Shown one piece after another: positions 1-14,439 of a stretch of DNA of 64,000 nt. Source of the stretch: Eledone cirrhosa (taxonomy: Eukaryota). The position numbers were made by a program, and so were the translations under genes. The notes beneath the pieces were generated by a model that saw only the letters and a program-made list of their open reading frames with translations, made no database searches and was not told the DNA's origin. The stretch spans positions 54,622,001-54,686,000 of the forward strand of contig OZ024742.1 of the NCBI GenBank assembly GCA_964016885.1. Reading direction: 5' to 3'. The first letter of the stretch is position 1. Every line of letters starts with the position of its first letter.

Positions 1-71
1 TATATATATATATATATATATATATAAACATTTGTCGTACTGCCTCTCTGTTCTGTCCCTGTTCAATTTTT

Positions 72-111
<40 letters not shown>

Positions 112-113
112 TG

Positions 114-197
<84 letters not shown>

Positions 198-284
198 GTA
201 TATATATATATTTAAAAGAATAGAGGTGTAACACACGAGTTATGATATATTGGTAAAAGGAAAAGAAAATCCTGACAATTGACA

Positions 285-324
<40 letters not shown>

Positions 325-328
<4 letters not shown>

Positions 329-903
329 ATAATAATAAATTTGAAGACTAAAATCCAAAGAGGGCTAGATCGTATAACAGAAATAAAAGACCATGTGACC
401 TCTGCGCCGCTGAGGCCCTGGAAATAGTCTACGCCACAGACCACTTCTTAAACAAAAAATCTGAGGCAATTTCGGCTTGTAAACATAAATTGTACAAAAG
501 TTTCCTGTATTATACCCTAACGGATAGTACGATGTATACGCGGATATTTTACGTCTTGATGTTATGTTTATACCATCACTTATTTGCATAGGTAAGTATA
601 TATTACCTGTATGTTTTGTGAAGGTACGTATACTTTCTCTTACGTATATTTGATTGTATATGTTATGGCGTATATTTTTTATATATTCTGGTACATATGC
701 TTTTGGTTATGTATATACGTGAGTTTTGCGTCTGTGTGAGTGTGCGGGTTTGTACGTATGTAGGGTGTGTGTAGATGTGTACTTCGTGCTTTGGTTTACG
801 TACGTCTCCGAACATTTGTGTATCTACATGTAGGTATGTGCGTGCGCTTGTTATATAGGTATTTATTTATTTATATACGTTTATTTAATTATTTGTATAC
901 ACG

Positions 904-966
<63 letters not shown>

Positions 967-1165
967 TTATATGTGCGTGTATTTGTATACCTATGGCGAG
1001 TGTTTTCGCGTATGCTTGTGTATGAACGTATTTGGGTGCGTGTATGTATTTATTTAATTTCTATTACCTCTGTATTTTATTTACTTTATTCTTAACTCTG
1101 AAGCGGTGAATCATTCGGTTTCCTAGTTAGAATTTTAGTCTACGACTTCAGTTATACCATTTTAC
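325..1165. mobile_element. Deleted copy of foldback family A (non-autonomous, probably Penelope-like) in (TA)n
   Basis: Terminal motif agtaataataataaatttgaagactaaaatccaaagaggg also occurs near 14452, 20252 and reversed near 52250. 470-1165 matches the 14933-15535 spacer. Confidence 0.6.
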
Positions 1166-1180
1166 ATATATATACAATTT

Positions 1181-1236
<56 letters not shown>

Positions 1237-1321
1237 AAATGTAAACAGAAATAACAACACAATCGGTACAGTATATGGAAGGGATATATTAGTTTAACGC
1301 TTGATATAGCAGGAAGAGGGA

Positions 1322-1355
1322 CTTAACGTTTCGAACGCTAGTCCTTCATCAGAAG
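1322..1355 (-). ncRNA. Minimal type I hammerhead motif (PLE-type) in a repeat spanning ~1235-1445
   Basis: Minus strand reads ctt-CTGATGA-a-ggac-tagc-gttc-GAAACGTT-aag, with stem I ctt/aag and palindromic AACGTT at stem III. A degenerate copy lies on plus at ~58090-58120. Confidence 0.6.
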
Positions 1356-1871
1356 AAAGAATGAGAAATAAGCTAGATTGAAGGGATGGGCGGGTTGGAA
1401 TTGGAAAAAATGTCTTTAGATAAAAATAACAGATCCATTCATGTTGACATCTCTTGTGTGTGTGCGTGTGTATGTGTGTCAATATGTATGTGTGTGTACT
1501 CGCATACGGACATATAACTGTATACACTGTATATTCATATCTTATTAAAAATTTATTTTAATTTTTTCATTTTTGTAAATCCAAGAAACGGCATGTGGAA
1601 CAAGAGAATGAAAATTAAACGTACAATTATAAATATAATATAATGCACCTTAATGCATAATTAATTGGCTTTATTTTATTGAAAAACAGTAATATAATTC
1701 TACAATTGAGAGAAATAAAGATAACAATATGAATGTGGTAACCCTCAGGATCCACCAATAGAATTGTATTTAAATAACAAGTAAAGCTTTGTAATATTGA
1801 ATTATACTACAATATGTTTAATTCAATCTTCCATGCATACAAACGAATACACACCCATTGATATGCACGTA

Positions 1872-1910
<39 letters not shown>

Positions 1911-1973
1911 GTGTATGCGTTTCGCTTCGCTTTTCCTGCCCGCCGAAAATGCGATTCCCGCTGAATCTTTATT

Positions 1974-2055
<82 letters not shown>

Positions 2056-2129
2056 TGACAGTATCACAATATTCATTTTATGTGTTAACCTCTTCTATGG
2101 CGATATATATATATATGATAATTCTTTGA

Positions 2130-2530
2130 AACATGGGCACAAGGACAGCAATTTCTGGAAAGGTGAAAAGTCGATGATATCAACCCTGTTCTCAAATGGT
2201 ACTTTATTTTATCGACGTAAGTTGTATGAAGTACAAAGTTGACAACGTTCATATTTAAACTCAAAATGGTAACTAAATGAAGAAAAATCTGATTTCTTAA
2301 CAATTCACATCCATTTGGATGTATAATAATTTTTCGAGTTATGGCACAATGCTAGCAATTGTATGGGGAGTGGAAAAGCGATTAATTCGACCCTAATGCG
2401 TCACTGGTACTTTGTTTTATCGAGACCTTCGAAATGACAGGTAATGTTTACAACGGCGGGTTTTGAAATCAGATTTTAAAAACATCGTAACCAAATACCC
2501 CCCAAAAATTTTCCGATGATCTTCCGATAC
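2130..2530 (-). mobile_element. Two degenerate tRNA-derived SINE copies
   Basis: ggcacaag... and tggtacttt(a/g)ttttatcga motifs shared with the full copy at 5212-5431. Confidence 0.6.
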
Positions 2531-3434
2531 TCTCAATTATATTAAATGTCGTTTTGTAAAAAAAAATATGAATATAATTGTGCGACAATAAATAATATAT
2601 ATCAGTTAAACAATGCACAATGATATTACTGTTTCAGATTTAAATAATCTTGCCCTATGTTGAAGATTATTCTACTAGTTATAAACAAAAAAACCCCATA
2701 GATTTGAGGTGGCCACTTTGCAATCGAAACACATCAATTTAGAATATTCTATTCTGGATATCTGGTGGATTTTAATATAAATGGACATCTACACTTGTAT
2801 ATAGCCTGCTGTGACGGAACTTTGCTTAGTTATTAGTGTGTTCGGCTCAGAATCGGAGAATACTGAATTCAAATTTATGTGGCATGTTGAGCACTTGAAC
2901 AATAGTCTTTTCTTCACATTGTTTACTTTCAGTCAACTGAAAAAGAAGATACTTGTACCTGCAACGCAAAAGGCCAGTCTTGTTACACACGGCGTCTCAT
3001 CGAATCTTTTTGAGAAATGATTTATTGCTATACGTTGCTGTTGATTGGTCAGCCTTTCATCAGTAGCCTATTCTGTTAGTCAAACAATTGAAACACATGG
3101 CATTTTTAGTAACAGATGCCTAACCCCAGCTTGCTGATGGAAATGTCAACATTAAAAAAAGTCAGAAATAATCTAGTAGTCAAATATATAAAGTGAAAAA
3201 AAAAATAGATAATAGATGTATATTTTGTCTACATTTCGCCATGCCAATTTATGAGAGTCAGGTATTTTCTAATTTATTTGCGCATGTGCAGATGTTTTGG
3301 AACGAGAATGCAACTCATCTTTGGTAAATACCCGTTGTAACTGAGCATTAGTTAAGCAAATATATCCTTCCAATCGTATATATAAATGTGCATGCAAGGG
3401 TGTTTGTATGCGTGCTTATGTGAGAGGGTGTATG

Positions 3435-3523
<89 letters not shown>

Positions 3524-3666
3524 ACACTTCCAAAATACAAATTACGCACCTGTAAAATAGATCGTTGAACTTTTCATAAATAAGGAATAATAATAATTTT
3601 ATTTTTATAAGATTGATAGAGATGAGAAATAACACACACAGACACAGTCACGCACAGCCACCCCAA

Positions 3667-3719
<53 letters not shown>

Positions 3720-3735
3720 ATATATGTATATATAT

Positions 3736-4066
3736 CATCATCGTCATCATCATTTTACGTCCGCTTTTCCCTGATGGTAAGGGTGGGACGTGAATTGATT
3801 CTAGCTTGATTTCTACAGCTGGATGCCCTTCCTAACACCAACCTCAATTACAGTGAGTGCTGGGTGCTTTTTTGCCATGGCACCTCCACGACCACTTTGC
3901 AGTGGAATGATATGGACCCCACTCCCTATCATCTCATTTCTACAGGTTGAATAAACTGGACCAATGTCAAATAAAGTATCTTGCTCAAGGAAACAACACA
4001 TTACCCGATCTGAGAATTGAACTCACAACCTTTCGATTGCAAGATCTAACCACTAAGCCATGTGCC
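3736..4066 (-). mobile_element. Degenerate SINE fragments: an RTE-like 3' end with (CAT)n tail and a tRNA-like head
   Basis: catcatcat...acgtccgcttttcc...ggatgcccttcct; gaattgaactcacaacc...ctaaccactaagcc reads as an antisense tRNA B/A-box-like head. Confidence 0.45.
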
Positions 4067-5132
4067 TATATATATACATACACATATTAAATTATTGACT
4101 ATTGAAAGTTACAGATATTTTAATTTTAGCATTTCATAAACACGTCGTATATTTTTCTTATATACACCAAATTATATTCACACAGCAGTTTGAAATGGAG
4201 TGAAACAACGTTCCTATTATAGGAAAAAAATATGGAGGGAAATTACTATGTCTTACATGTCTGTAATAGAGTAAAGTTAGAAAATACACAGATAATAATT
4301 ATTTAAATACCAAATAATATGACGATTATAATCTATCAATATTATTTAGAAAGTGTCATATTAAGTGCTTTGCTCATAATAATTGATGACATTATATCTT
4401 CCTCACCTTTATCCTGATCACTAACATCACCATCAACCAGATCATTTGTCATCATAACTATCATCATCAATTATGAGCTGAACATCTCCAACCGACTCAG
4501 ATGCCATTATTATGATATATATCAACTTTAGATTAGTAGTATTTGTATAGTTTCTAGGTAAACATCAATAAACACTAATTGCTTTAACATTTATATAACA
4601 GACCGAAAACAAACAAATCTTATTTAACTCTGAGTTGAACATTTACACACAGCAAATATGTTTCAAAGAAATCGTAAAGTTTGCACACACACACACGCAC
4701 ACACACACATACACACACACACATACACATACACACATACACACACGCACGCACACGCACACACACACACATACACACACACACACGCGCGCACACACAC
4801 ATACACACACTCACACACACATATATATATATATTTATACTTCGTTTTTGTATTAGATTTCTTATGTAATCTAAAAACATGTGTTGAAACAGTTAAAAGC
4901 ATGAGGGTGTAGGACCGAACAAAAGAGAGAAACAAAATAACAAATTAGTCACCGAGGAGGTCACAGGTGTGACGAAATGTGTGACGAAAGAGATTTGACG
5001 AAAAATAAACATCTATCCGATTATTAAACCAACCAACTCGAAATCTGTAATAAATTAAATTGAAAACCAATAGGTGCTTGTGTTTTTATTGGCAGCATGA
5101 CTGTCCCAAATTATAACAATGCACACACACGG

Positions 5133-5164
<32 letters not shown>

Positions 5165-5211
5165 CAAACCGTGCGAACAACGATTATAGCGACTGACTGA
5201 AATAACACAAA

Positions 5212-5431
5212 TATTGGTTTCTGATATAGGCACAAGGCCACCAATTTTGGGGGAGGGAAAAGTCGATTAAATCGACCCCACTGCGTGTCTGGTCCTTTAT
5301 TTTATCGACCCCGTAAGGATGAAAGGCAAAGTTAACCCCGGCGGGATTTGAACTCAGATCATAAAGGGCCGTAACTCTATACCGTATAGCATGTTGTCCG
5401 ACGCTCTACCGATACTGCCAATCCGCCGCCC
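5212..5431 (-). mobile_element. Full-length tRNA-derived SINE with a Deu/Nin-like central domain
   Basis: Minus strand has A-box-like tggcagtatcggtag, B box gagttcaaatccc, central gcctttcatccttacggggtcgataaaataaag, and tail ggccttgtgcctatatcagaaac. More than 10 copies in the window. Confidence 0.8.
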
Positions 5432-7104
5432 TGCCATATATAACACAAATAATACAAATATTGAGGGAGATATAGAAACACGATACAAGAAAACATATAT
5501 GCACCTTATTCAATATATTTATTTCATCAACATGAATATCATGTATAAGTTCGTGGTTGTATATATGTGTGTCTGTATAGATGTGCGAGTTTATGTATCC
5601 GTCGGTAAGTATTTGTCTACATTTCAATTGTGTGTATACTGAAGTGTGTATTTGAGGGAACAAAAATAAAAATTATCATTGTTTCAGAGATTTGGTACTC
5701 AGGGTCCTTATTTAATTTATTGCATAATGTGTTACCAATTTGGACTGGCGTTAGTATAATCTATTTCACACGTCTATTTCACACAAAAATCCATTACTAT
5801 ATATAAATATGTAACATTTCGAAGTTCCTAAGTTAGGACCTGCAGATAATTATAATGTTGCTTTAGATAAATGGTCTAAAATAGTTATTCAATGCTCCAA
5901 TGAGGCTCGTGTTAGTACAACAGATATTAACCGAACTTATCCATTTTTTTAAAAGGCCTACTTTTGGATGTACATTCTACGAATCTATTACTGATTCAAA
6001 TGTAAAATGCGCAATCTACAGAATTTTTCAAGAACCAAATTCATGCATTCGGGTTCCATTCGTAAAGCGCACATTGAACAGAGGATAGACATTTGCCCGA
6101 TATAATGTGTATGCATTTATGCATGTGGAAGCATACAAGAATGCATACAAATACAGATTTGTAGAATGTGTTCAAATATACTTTCAAATATCTATGTATT
6201 TGTTTATATATAATTACGTAGGACTGTAAACGTAGGTAAATAAAAACATATAAAAGAAAACCGGTAAAAAGAAAACATATTAAAATGGTTTGTGCATATA
6301 TGTGTATGGGTGCGTTTATCTTTCGCAGATGTATGTAATCAAATAACGTAAACATCCGTCATAAATACCGGAAACAAGTAACCTGTTAAATTTAATTGAC
6401 TAGTTAAAATTAATTCACTATGTTTTCAGTTTTCAATATCACAATGACGAGTACCAGGATATATATGTAATATTTAACAATTAATCATTAATTTAGTGTT
6501 GTCTGTAATAAAATGCATGACTTTTCCCTGTTTCAGACAGGACAGAGATGCAAGAAATTGAACATGCACATATATTTATTCATGTAACATAGATATTGGG
6601 CCATCAAGTACGAAATGTGTAGAAATTTGTTTTTTTTTCTACAAATCACTACAAATTTCATACTTAACGACACAATACATACAGACTGTGTCTCCAAAAG
6701 TTAAAATGTTAATATCGATATTAACTAAAGAACCATGAAGTAAACAAATGAATGATCGTAATATGAATATATAACCTACCAAAACATAGTTTAAAGTGTT
6801 ATTATATTTTCGAATAAGTCACCGTTTTCTTCCATCATAACTTATAATTACTTCTAAAATATGCTTTATATGTGCCGACATATTGAGGGACTTTTGTATA
6901 CTCATTCTTGATTTTCCTTTCCGATTCTTCTCACAACACGAAATCATATCCATGCACCCCCCCCACACACACATGCACGCACAGACACACACATTCACAA
7001 ACACCACACACACATATATATATTTCTATATATGTACATATATGTACATATATATATGTTATGTGTGTATATATATATATACATATGTACATATATATAT
7101 TATG

Positions 7105-7137
<33 letters not shown>

Positions 7138-7799
7138 ATATATGTATATATATATATATACATATATATATACATAATATATTTACATAATATATATAAG
7201 TATATATATGAGAATATATATATATATATATGATGTAAGTGAGTTAGAATTACCAACGCAACAAGGGAATTTAAAGAGAAAAGGAGGCGAGGAATATATC
7301 AGGTTAAAAATTACTGAATTCTAAAGATGTTTTCAGATTAACTCCACTGTCAAGAGACTCCATAGCATCGGGGATTCAGAGAAATCGGAGATTGCCTTCC
7401 TGCTCGCAGTCAAATTCTTTCTTTCTTTTAAGACAATCTTCGATTTCTCCGCCCCCCCCCCCCCCCACACACACACAATCCTTAGTGGCCTTAGTATTAT
7501 TATATTCCAGATGCAACATTTTCGGATAAAATATATAAATGGAGTTGCTGGTGTTTGCTTCACAGGAATTTATAATCATTAATATTATTATGAACGTGTT
7601 TGCTTTGAAGCATAAAGTTCAGGTCCAAGGAACGTCAAATTTCCCTTTCATCCATTCGGGGTCGATAAAATAAAGTACCTGTCAAAAGGTGTGGTTGCTG
7701 TACACAACCGCCTCGAAAATTCCAGTTCTTGTCCCAAATTTTAGAGAAAAATAATTATTATTCATAATATTTTTTATATTTTTGACTCTTCAATAAGTA

Positions 7800-9450
7800 G
7801 TGTTACTGTATCGATAAGCTTTATCACTCTGTTTATAGAGTTTTGTACGCCACAGTGCACCAAATACTGTTAGTGTGCTTTTAACCTCTATGTCTTACAT
7901 TTTAATTATTTAGTAGTCGAGTGAGTTTTGATTTTCCCAGATCTCTTCATTTTTCAAAATAAATTTGACAGTCACGATAGCAATATTTCATGCCGTACAG
8001 GAATTATTAATCGTATCCTGGATTAATTTATCTGACGTGTTTGCATTCATAATTTTGATAGGTTCGATAGGCATGTACTAGGCGATTGATACTAGAACCG
8101 GTGTTGAATATATTTATTGGTTTCACTTGTCATTTATTACCCAGAGAAAATAACTACAACGCGATCATGTCTGTGTATATGTTCAAAATTGGCAAGAATT
8201 TGGCAACATGATGTGTGCCATTTTTGCACCGGATGGGAAGTATTCAATCACCCATTGTAATACTGGTTGTAAATCTTTCAAACACCCCACTGTAATACCG
8301 GAATTGCTGAATCCAGCCATGATACCGGTCGCATTACGTGCACTTGATTATAGCATAATCTTTCATGATTTTATTTTATGACGAGACTTTAGATTTATGC
8401 AGCTAAGAATGGGGTCTTCTCATTCTAATTTTTCGATTTATCGTTGTCTGACATGTACTCACATTACAACGCCTCTTTCCCCGCTCTCTCTCTCCTTGTG
8501 TCATATAATATCTCATTTGAACGTGTTGGGTATTGTGAATCCAGCGATTCTTTAGTTTTATTACAGAATATTTCTGAATGGTACTTTGAAGTTGTCTATC
8601 GTTTTCTTATAAATTTTTAGTTATTGTATTCGTCCTTATTTTAAATTTCTATTTGATTGCTGTTCATTTTCGAGTATATTTTTCGTTCACCTATATAAAG
8701 CGTAATATTGTTATCATATTTATTCATTAATCTTATCAGTTTCCCATAGATTGCTAATTTGTTTCCTTTGATCGCATTTACTAGTCAGATCAAATGGAAT
8801 AAATTAGTCAGTGATACCTTTCATGGTAAGGACATCTGGGAATAAATTGGCAAACTCACTTAATATTTTCTCTGTGAGCTGCAGAAAGTGGGAAGACAAC
8901 CTCAAAAGAAAAAAATCAAAACAATACATGTCTACATGACCACCCATCAAACTTACAAATGAATTGAAGTACTGTAAGCGGCTATTTCAGTCAGTTGTTT
9001 TGGCCTCAGAAGAGTAATAACATTTTTATGTGAAAATCAGAGAAAGTGGCCTGTCAGTAGCTGCTCATTCCAGAACCCTTTCTGCTTTCTTGGTAATATA
9101 TGTAATCTTTGTTCAGGTGTATATCCAGGGTGTTGTACATCACCAGTGTAAGAGACTTATGTAAGGCTAGCAAGCAAATCACAGAATAATAATTTTGCTA
9201 GTGTCCGTTATTCGGCGGCAGGAACATTTCTAAGGTTTTTTTCATCCAGTAGCCACGTTGGTATTGGTTCTGGTGCTTGACCCTAGATTGGAAGTTGTTG
9301 CGATGCAATGAGAACAGGTCGATTAGTTCAGGCAGAAATGGTGGGTAATTCTCAACATTTTACATGCTCTTTAACTGATTGCGACATTTCGTTGAACTGC
9401 TGAATTTTTGGGTACGACAACGCTCCAAAATATTACATCTCTTTCAATAG
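7800..9450 (-). pseudogene. Highly degenerate LINE remnant, possibly RLE-type (R4/Dong-like)
   Basis: Scattered minus-strand peptide fragments (HHVAKFL, TSETNKYIQHR) resemble R4-type C-terminal motifs. No ORF; boundaries are approximate. Confidence 0.3.
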
Positions 9451-9844
9451 TGATTAAATAATGCAATTAGAAGATTAATTATAACCAATAACAAGAACAA
9501 TGGTCATAAATTGTGCCCTTAGTAAAATTTAGTGATCCTGAAAATTTGAATGTAAAACCCCTTTTCAAAGTTTCGAGGAACACATACACAGACACATTCG
9601 ATTTCGCAAATGTAATTGCATTTTATTTGAATTTTTATATATTTTTTAATGCAGTCATATTCGAGAACAACAATTAAAAACATAATCCCAATAGATTACA
9701 GTTTCTGTGTAGGTGTATCTAATGTATATAATTCATGAGTCACGAGGATGATGAATATCGTAATGTCTTCGCAAGATATCGCACCTCCGTGTTGTTATAC
9801 ACACACTTACACATACATTCATATATACGCTCACAAATATATAT

Positions 9845-9922
<78 letters not shown>

Positions 9923-9923
9923 A

Positions 9924-9990
<67 letters not shown>

Positions 9991-11343
9991 TTATACGTAT
10001 ATACATATACACGTGAGTGTGTGTAAGTGTTTATTCTTGTCTGTATTTTCGTCACAAATTGTACGATGCAGAAATCGAATAATACTAATTTTATAAAGTG
10101 TAGCTGATATATTTTCCCCTTATTAAATTAAACTCTCATTGCTTCTATCATTTTATGTGTTGAACAGTTTAGAAACAATGTAGTTTAAGAAGATACAATC
10201 TTTTATTTGCGAACAGCAGAGTCGATCATAGTGTAAAAACAACGTGACTATAATTGTTGAAATTAGCCGGTAATTAGAAGCAGCGTGCTAATTCTAACTC
10301 TAAACTTAATCCGAAATAATTTTACAGGAAACCAAAACAATATAAACAAACTATTTAGGAAAAAGCTCATACCATAAACTTTAGACAAGGAAATCTATGA
10401 CGTTAAGTGTAATAAATAACATAAGGAATTTGAAAGCGATTGTTTAGATAAATTGTATTGTTATCTCAGGGGCAACTACAAAATCAAGTTATCGTGTATA
10501 TCAACAACGGCCGGTTCAGGGACGTAACGTAAAAAGAAAACGAGAAATATCATATCAAAAGGAATGAACGTAGTCGTTTACTGCCGCTTCCGCCAATATA
10601 TATGCCCTAGCATTAGCGTAAGACAAACAGAAACATAAAAAAGATTAGAAAATACGAAGATTAAAACAGTTGTATATTATTGGACATATATCGCATAATC
10701 AAATGCCGCAAGGGACATTGACTTTTGTAAATGAATAGAAAACAACATGAGTCTGCACGGCTGAAGAATGTATTTTTTGCAACATTAGATCACTCGTTCC
10801 CAAACAAGATTGAAAAAGAAAGGAAGGAAGGGCTAAGTACAAAATTAAAACAATAAACTTAAAGAAACCATAATATTAACACATATGCACATAATATTGA
10901 GTACCTATTCGCCTTTAAGTATACATGTTTCCTCTGTTTCGATTGTTATTGTCGCCGTATTTGCAATTATTGCAACCTGGAAGTGGAATAATTGTAGCAG
11001 GTTGTCTGTGGGAGACTTCATTTAAAGAATATGGGTCATTGATGAAGAATTGTTTTGGAACCACTAATTTAGATTAATAAATTAAGCATCACGAACGAAA
11101 ATGTTACTGCGAAAAACAAATGCAACCTGGGAATTTTTTTGTCGCTGAATATTTACACCTACTGATCTAACAGAAATATAAACTCTAGCTCAGTCATATG
11201 CCTGAACTTAATTAACAGAACAGTAAATATAAACAATTATATCAAATCAGCATGTATATGTATATGTATATGTATAGATAAGTGTATGCATACATATTTA
11301 TGCACATACACACACAAACACTCGCATACATAAATATATGTAC

Positions 11344-11445
<102 letters not shown>

Positions 11446-11956
11446 CATATATATATATGAGTTGGGCAGGTTTAATTGTAAGAATGTTTGCTTCGTGAAT
11501 ATTTCATATTGTTTCACGTTAATGAATTATGTTTTTGTCAAGAAAAGAGATTTATCGCTGCAGTTGGTATAATTATGATAAGGTTAATATTATATTGATG
11601 CTAAATATATCTCGACACAAACATTAACAATTATTTTCAAAGGATATATTCTTATTAAGTTGTATATATGAATAGGTTTCATCGTCATGCTGCTACTGCA
11701 TTTTCATATACAGTATTTAACGAATTGTAATATGGTGAACTATGGAAATCAGAAGAACATATATTATTTAAATAATAGTAGCTCAATTACGCAGTGAATT
11801 GATAACACATCTACACGTAAGATTCGTGGTCGGTGTCGGTCATAATTCCACTTAACACCAGGGTCAACCTATTCATTTTTTCATCACATAAATAATTTGC
11901 ATCAGACTCACACATGCATACGTTCACACACACACGCACTCACTCAATCTCCCCCC

Positions 11957-11996
<40 letters not shown>

Positions 11997-12270
11997 TACA
12001 GATACACACACACGCATATATATATATATATATACATACGTGTGCGTGTGATAGTGTACATAAATATACAGATATACAAACATACGTAAGTATTTGCTTA
12101 TTCCTTACACATGCATAACTTAATTTTCATACTCCTACATCATGCACATTCATAGATATATTTTCTCTGTGTATATATATGCAAGTAAGAACATATGTAT
12201 GTATATTTATGGAAATAATACAGTCTGCAAACTATTGAATTGTTGTAGTTGACAACATTTCCGATCTTTG

Positions 12271-13587
12271 TCATATATACTGTCTGGCTGGGCGTTTCTT
12301 TACAACGAGACACATCAATGCATAAAGATCTTTTCTGAATGAGGGGTTCAAAAATGCATATATTACAGGATTTGCTACATTATAACAAAAATATGCGTAG
12401 AAAATGATTGGCGTGTATTTAATTACTTTCACCGCCATTAACCAGGCTGGTAGGAAAGCACAAATGAAAACTAAATTCACAACAAATAGCATAACAGCAA
12501 GTTTGAAATTAGCGAAACGATTCTTGTCTTTAATTGTGACTTGTCGTTTTAGTGTGTTCGCTTTTGCACCCTTCTTTAATATAATTTCTGTTTCATTGTT
12601 AGAAGCCTCAGTATTTATGTTTCCTCCTCCTGCCACTGTAGTTTCTTCATCACCGGTTGCATTTGCAGCTGTGTTGTTGAAAGTTTTTAATTCAGTCACT
12701 GTGGTATCAATTACTGTGTTTGTTCCTCGTGACATACCACCATTGCTTCGAAGGATTTGCTGCTGCTTCAGCTGGACTTTCCAACGTTTTGCTCTTCGCC
12801 AGAAAACACAGCGATATATCAAGCCATATAGTACTAATGTACTAAGGAAAGACAACAGGAAAAACGATGCATACACCTTCTGATATATTTGTATAAATTG
12901 TATAGAGAAAAGCCGGGAGGTATAAGTACATACATATTTTGTACATTCCTGTTCTGAATGTCCGTCCAAGTGTATTGAATTGATATAACTACTGTTGAAA
13001 TTGTCATCAAATAATTGATCCTCGAATCTCATCATATCAGTAATATTGAGTACAGTGTCTTTAGAAATGTTAAGACCCTGCATTGCCTCCAGCGCGGCGG
13101 ATGAATTAGAATTAGAACATGAAGGTTTTATAGAGTGCATCAAAGATGTGATTACACCGAGAGAACATGAGAAGAGCAACATAGTTATTATAGTAAATAT
13201 TGTGTTTTTAGGTTTCATCAAATGCAGAAAAGGATGACACACAGACAAATAACGCTCGACTGCAATAGCAACCATGATGAACGCCGAGAACGGTACATTT
13301 GATGTGATTAAGAAATAGTAAAGTTTGCACAAGACTTCAGAGTTAAATGCAAATTGTATGTGAAGCATATATATAGCCATTGGAATGAGTATGGAACACG
13401 TAAGAAAATCCGTGAATGCGAGTGTAATAATAAATATGGTATGTGGTAATTTCTCTTTTTTCCTGGCAAATACACAAATTGCTAAACCATTACCCAGCAC
13501 ACCAACAACAACAAAGAAGCCAAGCATATATTCCACACTACGGTCTTCTTCACTCTCGGCTGCGGTAATATTCATTGTGTCGGCCAT
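12271..13587 (-). CDS. Class A (rhodopsin-like) GPCR, orphan or peptide-receptor-like, 438 aa, intronless CDS
   Basis: Seven hydrophobic segments with GN (TM1), LAFTD (TM2), Cys at the top of TM3, AVERY...CHP, FICAFLP (TM6), NPVIY (TM7) and helix 8 FRKDL. N-terminal NIT sequon. Confidence 0.95.
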   Translation of the reverse strand: MADTMNITAAESEEDRSVEYMLGFFVVVGVLGNGLAICVFARKKEKLPHTIFIITLAFTDFLTCSILIPMAIYMLHIQFAFNSEVLCKLYYFLITSNVPFSAFIMVAIAVERYLSVCHPFLHLMKPKNTIFTIITMLLFSCSLGVITSLMHSIKPSCSNSNSSAALEAMQGLNISKDTVLNITDMMRFEDQLFDDNFNSSYINSIHLDGHSEQECTKYVCTYTSRLFSIQFIQIYQKVYASFFLLSFLSTLVLYGLIYRCVFWRRAKRWKVQLKQQQILRSNGGMSRGTNTVIDTTVTELKTFNNTAANATGDEETTVAGGGNINTEASNNETEIILKKGAKANTLKRQVTIKDKNRFANFKLAVMLFVVNLVFICAFLPAWLMAVKVIKYTPIIFYAYFCYNVANPVIYAFLNPSFRKDLYALMCLVVKKRPARQYI

Positions 13588-13607
13588 GTTGTGGATAGGT
13601 TATAACT

Positions 13608-13632
13608 CTGCAATGAGAAAGAAAAATTTGGG
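13608..13632 (-). promoter_or_regulatory. Probable 3' splice acceptor about 20 nt upstream of the GPCR ATG
   Basis: Minus strand reads aaatttttctttctcattgcag|agttataacctatccacaacATG: polypyrimidine tract followed by CAG. Confidence 0.6.
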
Positions 13633-14439
13633 TAAGATATATGGTGACCACTAATCAATATGAACAGATTAATATTACCTTCTTTATTTCAAACATATAA
13701 CATAAATAGAACAAACGCTTTTATCCTATTTAACCAGGTTACGGAAGACCTCGATTTCTGGAAACCGTTATCATGCATCGCGTGACCTTCATGTTATGAT
13801 GCCATCAGAATCGCATTTTTCATCAAAACTTTGGGTACCTCTTAGGACGTGCAAACATATGAGGCGCTTATTCGAAACCGTACACAAAAACGTTCATTTG
13901 CTTAGAAATTTCCTTAGGTTGGATATTTGTCGTTTACATTAATGACACGTGAATATAATGCGAAATATATTATAACCCTATAACAAAAATAGTATGTAAT
14001 ATATCTGGCATGAGCCTTTAATATTTTATGTATTGCATAACGCAACACTTACCTCATATTGGTATAATATCATATAAACCAATGAGCAGCGAGTAACACA
14101 CCTTCATGGCATCTGATATATCAGATATATTCCGTCTTATTGATAATTATATAACCGCAACGATCACGATTTCTTTTAGTGATTCTATATCCATAGGGGA
14201 AAATAATTACATTTCAAAAATTATTTTTAAAACAACCTATACATGTTTAAGAGGCATGTATATGTATATTGTTATGGGAGGCATTTGTTTATATTAATAT
14301 AGAATATGTGAGTGTATGTGTGCCGGTTAAGTGGATGGGGTGTCTTGTCATGTGAATTAGTGTTTCTGAATATATAATTGTACAAATATATGGCATGATG
14401 ATACTATCTCTGTAAATATATATATATATATATATATAT

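Noticed and set aside
5340-5431. tRNA-like A/B boxes
   Set aside because: These are SINE heads, not tRNA genes; no complete cloverleaf.
12404-13654. Plus-strand ORFs opposite the GPCR
   Set aside because: Antisense shadows of the GPCR CDS.
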